From NCBI GenBank assembly GCA_045803205.1, contig JBJMPM010000225.1, positions 1,148 through 65,147 on the forward strand: a DNA stretch of 64,000 nt, in the 5' to 3' direction. This stretch comes from Longimicrobiaceae bacterium (GTDB lineage: Bacteria > Gemmatimonadota > Gemmatimonadetes > Longimicrobiales > Longimicrobiaceae). The notes beneath the pieces were generated by a model that searched no databases, was not told the DNA's origin, and saw only the letters and a program-made list of their open reading frames with translations. The position numbers and the translations under genes were made by a program. Of this stretch, positions 55,325-64,000 are shown piece after piece (within the stretch, counting starts at the first letter, position 1; every line of letters starts with the position of its first letter).

Positions 55325-56509
55325 ATGAGCCTTCCGCCGCTGCGCCTCAGGAAAGACGAAGACCGCAGGCTGCGTGCCGGCCACCTGTGGGTTTTCAGCA
55401 ACGAGGTCGACGTGGCCCACACGCCGCTCACCGCCTTTCACCCCGGCGACGCGGTGGAGGTCCAGGACGCCCGCGGCGCGCCCCTCGGCGTGGGGTACGT
55501 GAACCCGCGCTCGCTGATCGCCGTCCGCCTGGTGAGCCGCGACCGCGACGCGCGCCTCGACGGGGCGCTGCTGCGCCGGCGGCTGGTGCGCGCGCTGGCG
55601 CTGCGCGAGCGGATCTTCGACCGCCCCTTCTACCGCCTGGTGTACGGCGAGAGCGACGGCCTTCCCGGGCTGGTGGTCGATCGCTTCGGCGGCGTGCTGG
55701 TGGTGCAGCTCACCACCGTCGGGATGGAGCGGGTGAAGGACGAGGTGGTCGGCGCGCTGCGCGACACCCTCTCCCCATCCGGTGTCCTGCTGCGCAACGA
55801 TTCGTCCGGCCGCGCGCTGGAGGGGCTGGAGAGCTACGTCGAGGCCGCGCATGGCGAAGTGCCCGAGGTCGTGCAGCTCGAGGAGAACGGGGTGCGCTTC
55901 GGGGCGCCGATGGCGGGGCAGAAGACCGGGTGGTTCTACGACCACCGGATGAACCGCGCGCGGATGATGGCGTACGTCCGCGGCCGGCGCGTGCTCGACG
56001 TGTTCAGCTACATCGGGGGATGGGGGGTGCAGGCCGCCGCCGCGGGTGCCACGGAGGTGGTGTGCGTGGACGCCTCGGCCGAGGCGCTGGAGCACGCCGC
56101 CCGCAACGCCGCGCTGAACGGCGTCGAGTCCGCCGTCCATACCCGCCGCGGCGACGCCTTCGAGGTGCTGCGGGTGCTGGCGGCCGAGGGGGAGCGCTTC
56201 GACGTGGTGGTGCTCGACCCGCCGGCGTTCATCAAGCGGAGGAAGGACCAGAAGGCGGGGGAGGAGGCGTACCGCCGGGTGAACCAGCTCGCGATGGAGG
56301 TGCTGCGGCAGGACGGCATCCTGGTGGCGGCGAGCTGCTCCTACCACCTCCCGCGCGAGGCGCTGCAGGACGCGATGCTCCGCGCCGCCCGCCGCCAGGG
56401 CCGCTCGCTGCAGATCCTGGAGCAGGGCCACCAGGGCCCCGACCACCCCGTCCACCCCGCCATCCCGGAGACGGCGTACCTGAAGGCGTTCATCGGCCGG
56501 GTGGGGTGA
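55325..56509 (+). CDS. rlmI: RlmI-like SAM-dependent rRNA methyltransferase
   Basis: GHLWVFSNEV, ESDGLPGLVVD, GQKTGWFYD, VLDPPAF, PETAYLK. Confidence 0.9.
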   Translation: MSLPPLRLRKDEDRRLRAGHLWVFSNEVDVAHTPLTAFHPGDAVEVQDARGAPLGVGYVNPRSLIAVRLVSRDRDARLDGALLRRRLVRALALRERIFDRPFYRLVYGESDGLPGLVVDRFGGVLVVQLTTVGMERVKDEVVGALRDTLSPSGVLLRNDSSGRALEGLESYVEAAHGEVPEVVQLEENGVRFGAPMAGQKTGWFYDHRMNRARMMAYVRGRRVLDVFSYIGGWGVQAAAAGATEVVCVDASAEALEHAARNAALNGVESAVHTRRGDAFEVLRVLAAEGERFDVVVLDPPAFIKRRKDQKAGEEAYRRVNQLAMEVLRQDGILVAASCSYHLPREALQDAMLRAARRQGRSLQILEQGHQGPDHPVHPAIPETAYLKAFIGRVG

Positions 56510-56617
56510 CGGCCCCTCACCCTGGCGCTGCGCGCCGCATCGGTGCGGCTCAGGCTCGGCTGCGGCTGCGGGTGAGCCTGTCGCGTGCCGCGGAGTCTCG
56601 GCAACACCGCGGCCGGT

Positions 56618-56668
56618 AGTCCGCGAAGGCGGACTTCGCGTGGTTGTTGCAGCGAATTCATTCGCCCT
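56618..56668. repeat. Family C repeat
   Basis: AGTCCGCGAAGGCGGACTTCGCGTGGTTGTTGCAGCGAATTCATTCGCC. Confidence 0.75.
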
Positions 56669-56735
56669 TGGCTGGACCTCGGCCGCCGGGGCGGGTGACG
56701 TTCACCGATCCACATTGCAACCCCGGATGACCTTC

Positions 56736-57521
56736 ATGCCACGAATCCTTCCCATCCTCCCGCTTCTCCTCGCGATCCCGCTCCGCGCCGCCGCGCAGGA
56801 TGGGCTCGAGAGCCGGAACGAAGCCTTTCTCCGGGCGGTGTCGCGTGCGCCGGATGACAGCGTGGCGGCGTTCTTTCCGCGCCGCGGCGATTGGACGTGG
56901 ACGCGGGTGACGGAAGGAGCGCCGCCCGGACACCCGCCGGGGGTCTGGCGCTTCGCGGCCCCGGAGACGCTGCGGACTGTCTGGCGCTACGGTCCCGTGT
57001 GCTCGTCCTTCCGGGGGTTCGAGAACTATCTCTGGAACATGCTGGAGATGAGGATCGAGACGGACGGGACGCGCTGGCGGCGGGTCGCCGGAAACCGCTT
57101 CGTGCCGCCGGGAGAATCCGCGCGGTCTCCGCTGTTCGTGCAATGGCGGCGCGAGGATGGCCGCTGGGTGGTCTCCGCCTTCGGTCACGCGACCTCCTGG
57201 TTCCCGCGCGTGCTCGGGTACTCCCCTGGCGACGACGTGGTGCCCGACACGGTGCTGCCGCTCCCGCCCACCCCGGTCTACGCCGCGGAGGCGCCCTGGC
57301 ACGAGGGCTGGAGGATCTCCTTCAAGGACCGCTCGTACACCAAGTACGGCCTGCCGCGAGCGATCTCCGACACCCTCTCGTTACGGCGCGTCGGACGCTT
57401 CGGTCTGATCGGCGTCTATACCGTGAAGGACGACGCGGACATCCTCTACATCCCCCTGGCCCCCGGACAGTACCAGCTCTACGAGATAGGCCATGGTCCC
57501 GTTGCCTGCCCGAAGAGCTGA
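56736..57521 (+). CDS. Secreted hypothetical protein
   Basis: Signal peptide MPRILPILPLLLAIPLRAAAQ; WRREDGRWVV suggests an NTF2-like N-domain. Confidence 0.7.
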   Translation: MPRILPILPLLLAIPLRAAAQDGLESRNEAFLRAVSRAPDDSVAAFFPRRGDWTWTRVTEGAPPGHPPGVWRFAAPETLRTVWRYGPVCSSFRGFENYLWNMLEMRIETDGTRWRRVAGNRFVPPGESARSPLFVQWRREDGRWVVSAFGHATSWFPRVLGYSPGDDVVPDTVLPLPPTPVYAAEAPWHEGWRISFKDRSYTKYGLPRAISDTLSLRRVGRFGLIGVYTVKDDADILYIPLAPGQYQLYEIGHGPVACPKS

Positions 57522-57639
57522 GCTCCGGAACAACGACCATGCTCGGCGGCCGCGTCTGTTGAAGTTTCTCTCTGCGTCCTCTGCGTCTCTGCGTGAGACC
57601 TGTTGTTTAGAGGGCATGGTCCTCGCAGATCCACCGGAT

Positions 57640-60012
57640 ATGGACCGCCGCCGCATTCTCCCGTATCTCCCGCTGCTCGCCGCCCCGCTCCTGCTCTGGG
57701 GGCTGGCGCGCTTCGCCGAGCCCGAGACGCCCAAGCCGGCGCCCGTCCTCGCGCCGAAGCCGGTGCGGGTGCCCGCCCGCGTGGACCGCTATCCCGTGCC
57801 GCCCGACGTCGCCGAGCTGCTCCGGCAGGGCCGCCACTGGGCCGCCGCCCGCCGCCTGCGCAGCCAGGTGAACGCGGCGTCCGAGCCCGGCCTGATCCTC
57901 CTCGCCGCCCGGGCGGAGGCGGGGTGGGGGGGATGGAGCAACGTGCGCTCGCTGCTCGAGGGCAAGCCCTGGCTGGACCGCGTGGAGGAGGGCGACGGCT
58001 GGTTCCTCCTCGCCCGTGCGCGCGAGGAGGGGGGAGACGGCGCCGGCGCGGCCGACGCCTACGCGCGCTACCTCGCCGCCGCCTCGCGCGAGACGGACCA
58101 GCGCGCGGTCGCCGAGCTGCGCTACGGGCTGGTGCTCCTGCGCGCCGGCCGGATCGATCCCGGCGTGGCCGCGCTGGAGCGGCTGCGCGCCCACGCCCCG
58201 GCGGCGCAGGGGTGGGCCGGCGTGCTCGCCGCCGAGGCGCTGGTGCCGCGGGGCGACACCGCGCGCATCCGCTCGCTGGTGGGCAGCGGGGTGGCCGAGG
58301 CGCCGCTCCGCGCCCAGCGCGCCCGCGTGGCGGCGGCGCGCGCGGCGAACGACCCGCGCGGGGCCCGGGCGCTCGCCCTCGCCTTCCGCGCCAGCGCGGC
58401 GGATTCGGCCGACCGCGCCGCGCTGGCGGCCCTGGCCGCGCAGACCGCCCTCGCCATGGGCGACACCGCCTCCGCGCGCGCGGGGCTGCGCCAGGCGATG
58501 GCCGACGCGCCCTCGAGCGCCGGCGCCGTCGAGGCGGCACGCACCCTCTCCGCCCTCCCCGGCCTGGGCGCGGACGACCATCTCTCCATCGCCATCGTCT
58601 ACGACCGCAACGGCAACCCGGCGCGCGCGGCGGACGGGTACCGCGCCTGGCTCTCCGCCGGCGCGGGATCGCCGGAGATGCGCCGCGACGTGACGCTGCG
58701 GATGGGTCGCGCCCTCTTCGCCGCGAACCGCTTCGCGGAGACGGCGTCGGTGCTCGCCGGGCTCTCCGGCGCGCCCCCCGCCGCGGCGGCGGAGGCGTCG
58801 TATCTCGTCGGGCGCGCGCAGTACCGCACCCGCGGCCGCGCGGCGGCGACGCAGACGCTGCTGGAGACGGCGCGGCGCTACCCCGGCCAGGCGGCCTCCG
58901 CCGACGCCCTTTACTTGGCCGCAGACCTCGCCGACGACGCGGGGAGCGATGCAGAGGCGATGGCCCTCTATCGTCGCCTCGCCGCCGAGTACCCGGCGAG
59001 CCCGCGCGCGGGGCTGGCGCTGATGCGGCTCGGCGGGGCCGCGCTCCTCTCCGGCGACTGGGCGGGCGCGGCGACCTGGTACGGGCAGTACCGCACCCGC
59101 TATCCCGCGGGCGAGCTCTGGCTGCAGGCGACGTACTGGGAGGGGCGCGCCCTGGCGGCGCGCGGCGACATGGCGGGCGCGCGCCAGCGGTGGCGCGAGG
59201 TGCGCGCGAAGGAGCCGCTCTCGTACTACACGGTGCGCGCGGCCGAGCGGCTGGGGGAGCGCTACTGGCCCATCCCCCTCGCCCCCGCCGTGCCGGACGA
59301 CCCCGCGGCGGTGGAGCGGGTGCGCCGGTGGATGGAGACGCTGGACCTGCTGCGCCAGGCCGGCCTCTGGCGCGAGGCGGAGGACGACGTGGCGCGCCGC
59401 GTCCGCGAGGCGGGCACCGACCGCGCGCTCCTCTACCCGCTGGCCGAGGCGCTGGAGGCCCGCGGCTTCGCGCCGCAGGGGATCCGCATCGGGCTGGCGC
59501 TGCGCAACGCCGGGGTGCCGGCGGACCCGCGGCTGGCGCGCATCCTCTACCCCTTCCCCTTCCGCGAGATGGTGTCGGCCGAGGCGCGCGAGCGCGGGCT
59601 CGACCCCTTCATGGCCGCGGCGGTGATCCGGCAGGAGTCGTCGTTCAAGCCGCGGGCGCTCTCCCGCGCCGGCGCCATGGGGCTGATGCAGGTGATGCCG
59701 GCGACCGGCGCCGGCCTCGCGTCGGGGGAGGGGATCCGCGGGTGGGACCGCGAGTTGCTCTTCAACCCCGAGATCAACGTGCACCTGGGCACACGCTTCC
59801 TGGCGTCGGAGCTGCGGCGGTGGGACGGCGACCCGGTGCTCGCCTTCATCGCCTACAACGCGGGCCCGGGCCGCGCGCGGCGGTGGCGCTCCTTCCCCGA
59901 GTTCCGCGACCGCGAGCTCTTCACCGAGCGCATCCCCTTCGCCGAGACGCGCGACTACGTGAAGATCCTCACCCGCAACGTCGCCATCTACCGCGGCCTT
60001 TACGGCAACTGA
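57640..60012 (+). CDS. TPR-repeat soluble lytic murein transglycosylase (Slt70-like)
   Basis: IRQESSF, GAMGLMQVMP, AYNAGPG, IPFAETRDYV. Confidence 0.93.
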   Translation: MDRRRILPYLPLLAAPLLLWGLARFAEPETPKPAPVLAPKPVRVPARVDRYPVPPDVAELLRQGRHWAAARRLRSQVNAASEPGLILLAARAEAGWGGWSNVRSLLEGKPWLDRVEEGDGWFLLARAREEGGDGAGAADAYARYLAAASRETDQRAVAELRYGLVLLRAGRIDPGVAALERLRAHAPAAQGWAGVLAAEALVPRGDTARIRSLVGSGVAEAPLRAQRARVAAARAANDPRGARALALAFRASAADSADRAALAALAAQTALAMGDTASARAGLRQAMADAPSSAGAVEAARTLSALPGLGADDHLSIAIVYDRNGNPARAADGYRAWLSAGAGSPEMRRDVTLRMGRALFAANRFAETASVLAGLSGAPPAAAAEASYLVGRAQYRTRGRAAATQTLLETARRYPGQAASADALYLAADLADDAGSDAEAMALYRRLAAEYPASPRAGLALMRLGGAALLSGDWAGAATWYGQYRTRYPAGELWLQATYWEGRALAARGDMAGARQRWREVRAKEPLSYYTVRAAERLGERYWPIPLAPAVPDDPAAVERVRRWMETLDLLRQAGLWREAEDDVARRVREAGTDRALLYPLAEALEARGFAPQGIRIGLALRNAGVPADPRLARILYPFPFREMVSAEARERGLDPFMAAAVIRQESSFKPRALSRAGAMGLMQVMPATGAGLASGEGIRGWDRELLFNPEINVHLGTRFLASELRRWDGDPVLAFIAYNAGPGRARRWRSFPEFRDRELFTERIPFAETRDYVKILTRNVAIYRGLYGN

Positions 60013-60090
60013 TTCTCACGCAGAAACGCAGAGCCGCAGAGGAGAGAACGCGGGTTTCTCTCTCTGCGGCTCTCTGTGCCTCTGCGTGAG
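60013..60090. repeat. Family A palindromic repeat
   Basis: TCTCACGCAGAAACGCAGAGCCGCAGAG...CTCTGCGGCTCTCTGTGCCTCTGCGTGAG. Confidence 0.85.
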
Positions 60091-60100
60091 GTTGCTGTTT

Positions 60101-61096
60101 TCAGTAGCTCGCCATCGACGGGGCGCGGGCCAGGAGCTCGGCCAGCGTGGTGCGCTCCTGCCGCCATCCCCCGTCGTACCCCACGTCCTGCGAGGTCGAG
60201 GTGGTGGGCTGCACCACCATGGGATCGACCGGCACGCCCTTGCGGCGCACCTCGTAGTGCAGGTGCGGGCCCGTCGCCAGGCCGGTGGCGCCCACGTAGC
60301 CGATCACCTCGCCCTGCCGCACCGGCGTCCCCGGGCGGAGCGGCGAGATGGAGGAGAGGTGGCCGTAGCGGGTGGCGTAGCCGTTGGGATGGGTGATCTC
60401 CACCAAGTTGCCGTAGCCGCCCTTGGGCCCGGCCCAGGTGACGCTCCCGTCCGCCGCGGCGCGCACGGGGGTGCCGTACCCGGCCGCCAGGTCCACGCCC
60501 AGGTGCGGGAGGAGGCGGTGCAGGATGGGGTGGAAGCGCGCCGAGTTGAAGGGCGACGTCACCTGCATGCGGGCGAGCGGGCCCTCCCACGGCACCGGGT
60601 CCAGCGACTGCCCCCAGTCGTCGTAGTACCCCGGCCGGTCGCCGTGGTCGTAGAGGAAGACGGTGTGCAGGCTCCCGCCCACCGCCGCCTCGGCCGCCAG
60701 CACCTGGATGGCGCGCGTGGTGCCGTCCGTGCGCCGCGTGCGCTCGTAGGCCAGGCGCAGCCGCCCGCCGTTCGGCATCCCCTGCTGGTTCAGGATGGGG
60801 AGGAAGATCTTGTCCAGGTGCCGGCCGATCATCTCCCGCTCGGCCGCCGACAGGTCGCCGGCCACCGACGTCAGCGCCGCCACGAACGTCCCTTTCCCGT
60901 ATCCGCCGATGAACTGCGTGTCGACGGTCACGGCGGCGCGCGCGTGCGCCGCGGGGAGCACCGGGGGCGCGGGCGGCGCGTCGCCGCTGTCCGCGCGCGC
61001 CCACGCCGTCACCATCCCCACCGCGAAGAGCGCGAGGACGGCGGCGCCGGCAAGGGGCGCGACGAACGAGAGCAGGTCGAAGCGGCGGCGATGCAT
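60101..61096 (-). CDS. M23-family metallopeptidase (MepM-like)
   Basis: HLGVDL, TRYGHL, TGPHLHYE. Confidence 0.93.
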   Translation of the reverse strand: MHRRRFDLLSFVAPLAGAAVLALFAVGMVTAWARADSGDAPPAPPVLPAAHARAAVTVDTQFIGGYGKGTFVAALTSVAGDLSAAEREMIGRHLDKIFLPILNQQGMPNGGRLRLAYERTRRTDGTTRAIQVLAAEAAVGGSLHTVFLYDHGDRPGYYDDWGQSLDPVPWEGPLARMQVTSPFNSARFHPILHRLLPHLGVDLAAGYGTPVRAAADGSVTWAGPKGGYGNLVEITHPNGYATRYGHLSSISPLRPGTPVRQGEVIGYVGATGLATGPHLHYEVRRKGVPVDPMVVQPTTSTSQDVGYDGGWRQERTTLAELLARAPSMASY

Positions 61097-61293
61097 GGCG
61101 ATGCCGGCGGAGGGTGTCCGCGAGCGTGAACGGTCCGGGTTGTGTCGGGGGAGACAGAAAACTAATCGTGCATCCTGAATCCGCCAAGGGTTTCCGGTAG
61201 AAGGATTCCGCGCGCGTCCGCAACTGCGACACTCACCCGCCGCGGGAGACGGTGTTATCTTCCGGGCCGGCCTCCTCCCAGCCACGCTCCCCC

Positions 61294-62691
61294 GTGTATC
61301 CGAAGACCCTCCTCCTGCTCGCTACGGCGCTCGCCGCCGCCGCGCCCGTCACCGCGCAGGACAGCGTTCCGCGTCCTGCGGCGGACACCCTCGCCCTCCC
61401 CGCGGCGCCGCGCGACACCATCCGCATCGCTCCCGCGCCGCGTCCTCGCATCGCGCCGGACTCGTCGCGTGCCCGGGCCGTGGCCGAGTCGCCGCGCGCG
61501 CGTCCGCGCACCGTGCGGCGCGAGACCACGCGCCGCGCGGCCCCGGTGGCGCGCGCCGCGCCGCGCCCGCGTCCCACGGGGCCCGCGCGCCGGCCGAACC
61601 CGCGCGTGGCGGGGAGGCGGCAGGGCGGCCCGCGCGTCTGCGCCGGGGGCGACGTGACGCTGGGGACCAACCTCGACACCACCTGGGTCTTCACCGCCTC
61701 GGCGCGGCTGGGGCGGCGGGTGGCGGCCTTCCCCGATCCCGACTCGCTGCTGGCCCCGCTCGCGCCGCTCGTCTCCGGCGCCGACGTGCTGATGCTGAAC
61801 GTGGAGAGCGCCATCGGCCGGGGGCGGCCCTCGCGGCAGAAGTGCGCGCCCAACTCCACCGCCTGCTTCGCCTTCCGCGCGCCGCCCGAGGTCGCGCCCG
61901 CGCTGCGCCGGCTGGCGGGCGCCGCGCCGCTGGTGGGCAACGTCGCCAACAACCACGCCCGCGACGCCGGGGTGGACGGGTGGTACGCCACCATGCGCCA
62001 CCTGCGTGACGCCGGCGCCCACGTCACCGGCGCGGACACGCTGGCCACCCCCGTCGTCACCCCGCGCGGCGACACCGTCGCCTTCCTCGGCTTCAGCCCG
62101 TGGACGGGGCCGGACTCGCGCAGGATCGCCGCGGTGCGCCGGCACGTGGCCCGCGCGGCGGCCCGGTGGCGGTACGTGGTGGTGAGCGTGCACCTCGGCG
62201 CCGAGGGGCGCGGCGCGCAGCACACCTACGACGCGCCGGAGGTCTTCCTGGGCGAGGACCGCGGCAACCCCGTCGACTTCGCGCACGCCGCGGTCGAGGC
62301 GGGGGCGGACGTCGTCTTCGGCCACGGGCCGCACGTGCTGCGCGCGGCGGAGTGGTACCGCGGCGGGCTCATCTTCTACTCGCTCGGCAACCTGCTCACC
62401 TACGGCCCCTTCACCCTGGCCGAGCCGCTGAACCGCGGCGCCATCGCCTGCGCCGACCTGGACCCCGCAGGCGGCGTGGCGTACGCGGAGCTCCGCCCCA
62501 CCCGCCAGATCGTCTCGGTCGGCGTGCGCCCCGACTCCGCCGGCACCGCCTCCACCCTGGTCGACGCCCTCGGCCAGCAGGATTTCCCCGCCACCGCGGC
62601 GCGCGTCACCCCCGGCGGCGTGCTGGTGCGCCCCGTGCCTCCCGTTCCCTCCCCGATCGACCGTCCCCGCACGCCCCGAAGGGACGATTAG
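61294..62691 (+). CDS. CapA-family metallophosphatase-like secreted protein
   Basis: GDVTL, NVES, ANNH, GHGPH, YSLGN. Confidence 0.9.
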   Translation: MYPKTLLLLATALAAAAPVTAQDSVPRPAADTLALPAAPRDTIRIAPAPRPRIAPDSSRARAVAESPRARPRTVRRETTRRAAPVARAAPRPRPTGPARRPNPRVAGRRQGGPRVCAGGDVTLGTNLDTTWVFTASARLGRRVAAFPDPDSLLAPLAPLVSGADVLMLNVESAIGRGRPSRQKCAPNSTACFAFRAPPEVAPALRRLAGAAPLVGNVANNHARDAGVDGWYATMRHLRDAGAHVTGADTLATPVVTPRGDTVAFLGFSPWTGPDSRRIAAVRRHVARAAARWRYVVVSVHLGAEGRGAQHTYDAPEVFLGEDRGNPVDFAHAAVEAGADVVFGHGPHVLRAAEWYRGGLIFYSLGNLLTYGPFTLAEPLNRGAIACADLDPAGGVAYAELRPTRQIVSVGVRPDSAGTASTLVDALGQQDFPATAARVTPGGVLVRPVPPVPSPIDRPRTPRRDD

Positions 62692-62773
62692 GATACGGTA
62701 AGGAGCCGGATCGTATCAGGTTGCGTAGCAGTGACTTGCACCAGATTGTCCCGCGGCGGGCGGACCGAAGGAT

Positions 62774-62802
62774 TTGACGCGGGGGGGTCCGGGGGGTAGA
62801 CT
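62774..62802 (+). promoter_or_regulatory. sigma70 promoter with G7 and G6 tracts in the spacer
   Basis: TTGACG-CGGGGGGGTCCGGGGGG-TAGACT (17-nt spacer). Confidence 0.65.
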
Positions 62803-62929
62803 CCCCTTCGCTCAAGCAAGCACACGTTGCTGTTCCGCATCGGCGCGCCGCGGCCGTCCCTCGCACGGGGATGCCACCCGGACCTCTGGTTCCAAGCGCC
62901 GATCCGATCCGAAACCCGAAGCAGATCCC

Positions 62930-63517
62930 TTGACCTTCAACCCCGTAACCGGACTGCGCGCGCTCGCCTGCGCCGCCCTGCTCGCGCTCCCGGCTGCGCT
63001 GCAGGCCCAGGAGGAGGAGATCCGCACCTGGGAGGCCCCGCGCCCCGCCGTCGCGCAGCGCGCGGGCACGCGCATCGCGGCCAGGCGCGACTCCGTGGTG
63101 CAGCTCGCGCGGGCGCAGCTCGGGCGCCGCTACCTCTTCGGCGGCACCACGCCCAACGGCTTCGACTGCAGCGGCTTCCTCAAGTACCTGATGCGCGCCG
63201 CGGGGGTCGAGCTCCCGCGCACCGCCGCCGAGCAGGCCCGCGCCGGCCGCCCGGTCCCGCGCGACCCGTCGCAGCTCCGCCCGGGCGACATCCTCACCTT
63301 CGGCCGCGGCGGCCGGGTGACGCACGTGGGGATGTACGTCGGCAATGGCCGCTTCATCCACGCCAGCACCGGCTCCCGCCGCATCGTGGAGGCGCCGCTC
63401 GACCGCCCGGCGAGCTCGCTGGTGCGCGCCTGGTACGGCGTCCGCCGCTTCCTGGCCGACGACGACAGCGCGACCGCCGTCGCCGCCGTCCGCGAGACCG
63501 GCCCGATCCGCCGCTAG
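62930..63517 (+). CDS. NlpC/P60 (C40) peptidoglycan endopeptidase
   Basis: GFDCSG, LPRTA, HVGMY, FIHAS; TTG start approximate. Confidence 0.93.
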   Translation: MTFNPVTGLRALACAALLALPAALQAQEEEIRTWEAPRPAVAQRAGTRIAARRDSVVQLARAQLGRRYLFGGTTPNGFDCSGFLKYLMRAAGVELPRTAAEQARAGRPVPRDPSQLRPGDILTFGRGGRVTHVGMYVGNGRFIHASTGSRRIVEAPLDRPASSLVRAWYGVRRFLADDDSATAVAAVRETGPIRR

Positions 63518-63573
63518 GAACCCAGCTCCGCGTCCGTGTGTGCGACGTTCTTCTCCCCATCTCCATCCCCGCC

Positions 63574-64000
63574 ATGCTCCGACCCGCCCGCATTCTCGCC
63601 GCCGCGCTCCCTCTCGCGCTCACCCTGGCCTGTGCGAGCCGCTACGTCCCCGCGCCGCCGCCGCGCGCCACTGCCGCGCAGGACACCGCCGGGCTCCGCC
63701 GCACGCTGGAGGAGCTGGTGCGCGGCTATCCCGGCGTGGCGGGGGTGAGCGTCCTCGACCTGCGCAGCGGCGAGCGCGTCTCCATTCGCGGCGACGAGAC
63801 CTTCCCCACCGCGTCGCTGATCAAGGTCGCCGTGCTGGTGACGCTGCTGGACGAGGTGAGCAAGGGGACGATCCGGCTGGACGAGCGCATCTCCCTGCTC
63901 GCCCGCGACCGCGTCGGCGGATCGGGGGTGCTGCAGTACATGCAGGGCGGCCTGGAGCCCACGGTGGGCGACGCCGCATGGCTGATGATCGTCCTCTCCG
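63574..64000 (+). CDS. Class A beta-lactamase-like serine hydrolase lipoprotein (runs off the window end)
   Basis: Lipobox TLAC; FPTASLIK (SxxK), GGSGVL, LMIVLS. Confidence 0.88.
   Translation, partial: MLRPARILAAALPLALTLACASRYVPAPPPRATAAQDTAGLRRTLEELVRGYPGVAGVSVLDLRSGERVSIRGDETFPTASLIKVAVLVTLLDEVSKGTIRLDERISLLARDRVGGSGVLQYMQGGLEPTVGDAAWLMIVLS

Overview
Very GC-rich bacterial chromosomal segment. The gene set, the 'MRKxKL..LEVxSF..RGTV.G' peptide leader, the Oar-like TonB receptor and the intergenic repeats suggest Gemmatimonadota (Longimicrobium-like); this is inference. No rRNA, tRNA or CRISPR array was seen. Recognisable core genes are a 5'-nucleotidase, mscL, a peroxiredoxin, two lytic transglycosylases, a ferredoxin, a CbiX/DR2241 pair, a GH25 muramidase, FdhF/YdeP plus fdhD, two ABC systems, Fic, AcvB/VirJ, an O-antigen-ligase-like protein, YyaL, DUF429, sbcDC, a sensor kinase, an RlmI-like methylase and a cell-wall cluster (Slt, M23, CapA, NlpC/P60, beta-lactamase-like). 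At least five families of palindromic repeats fill the intergenic spaces. Best candidates for little-described systems: (1) a DUF3800 + P1-RlfB-like gene pair with a convergent ~100-nt structured ncRNA that has its own promoter and terminator, bracketed by a degenerate duplication of the sbcD promoter; (2) a five-gene operon joining a membrane-anchored PspA/ESCRT-III-like protein to a solute-binding-OmpA fusion and an ABC importer; (3) a ~20-bp-period repeat array before a wHTH-Fic gene with a His-to-Gln active site; (4) a MacB/LolE permease split into complementary halves, one fused to an AttH-like domain; (5) an orphan Cys-rich RiPP precursor bracketed by a duplicated gene 3' end; (6) a secreted 4-Cys peptide/PDZ/DsbA/TonB-receptor locus; (7) an IS630 inserted in a REPIN-like element whose empty copy is also in the window; (8) four tiny ORFs sharing a sigma54-type promoter. 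All assignments are by eye from motifs; no database search was run.
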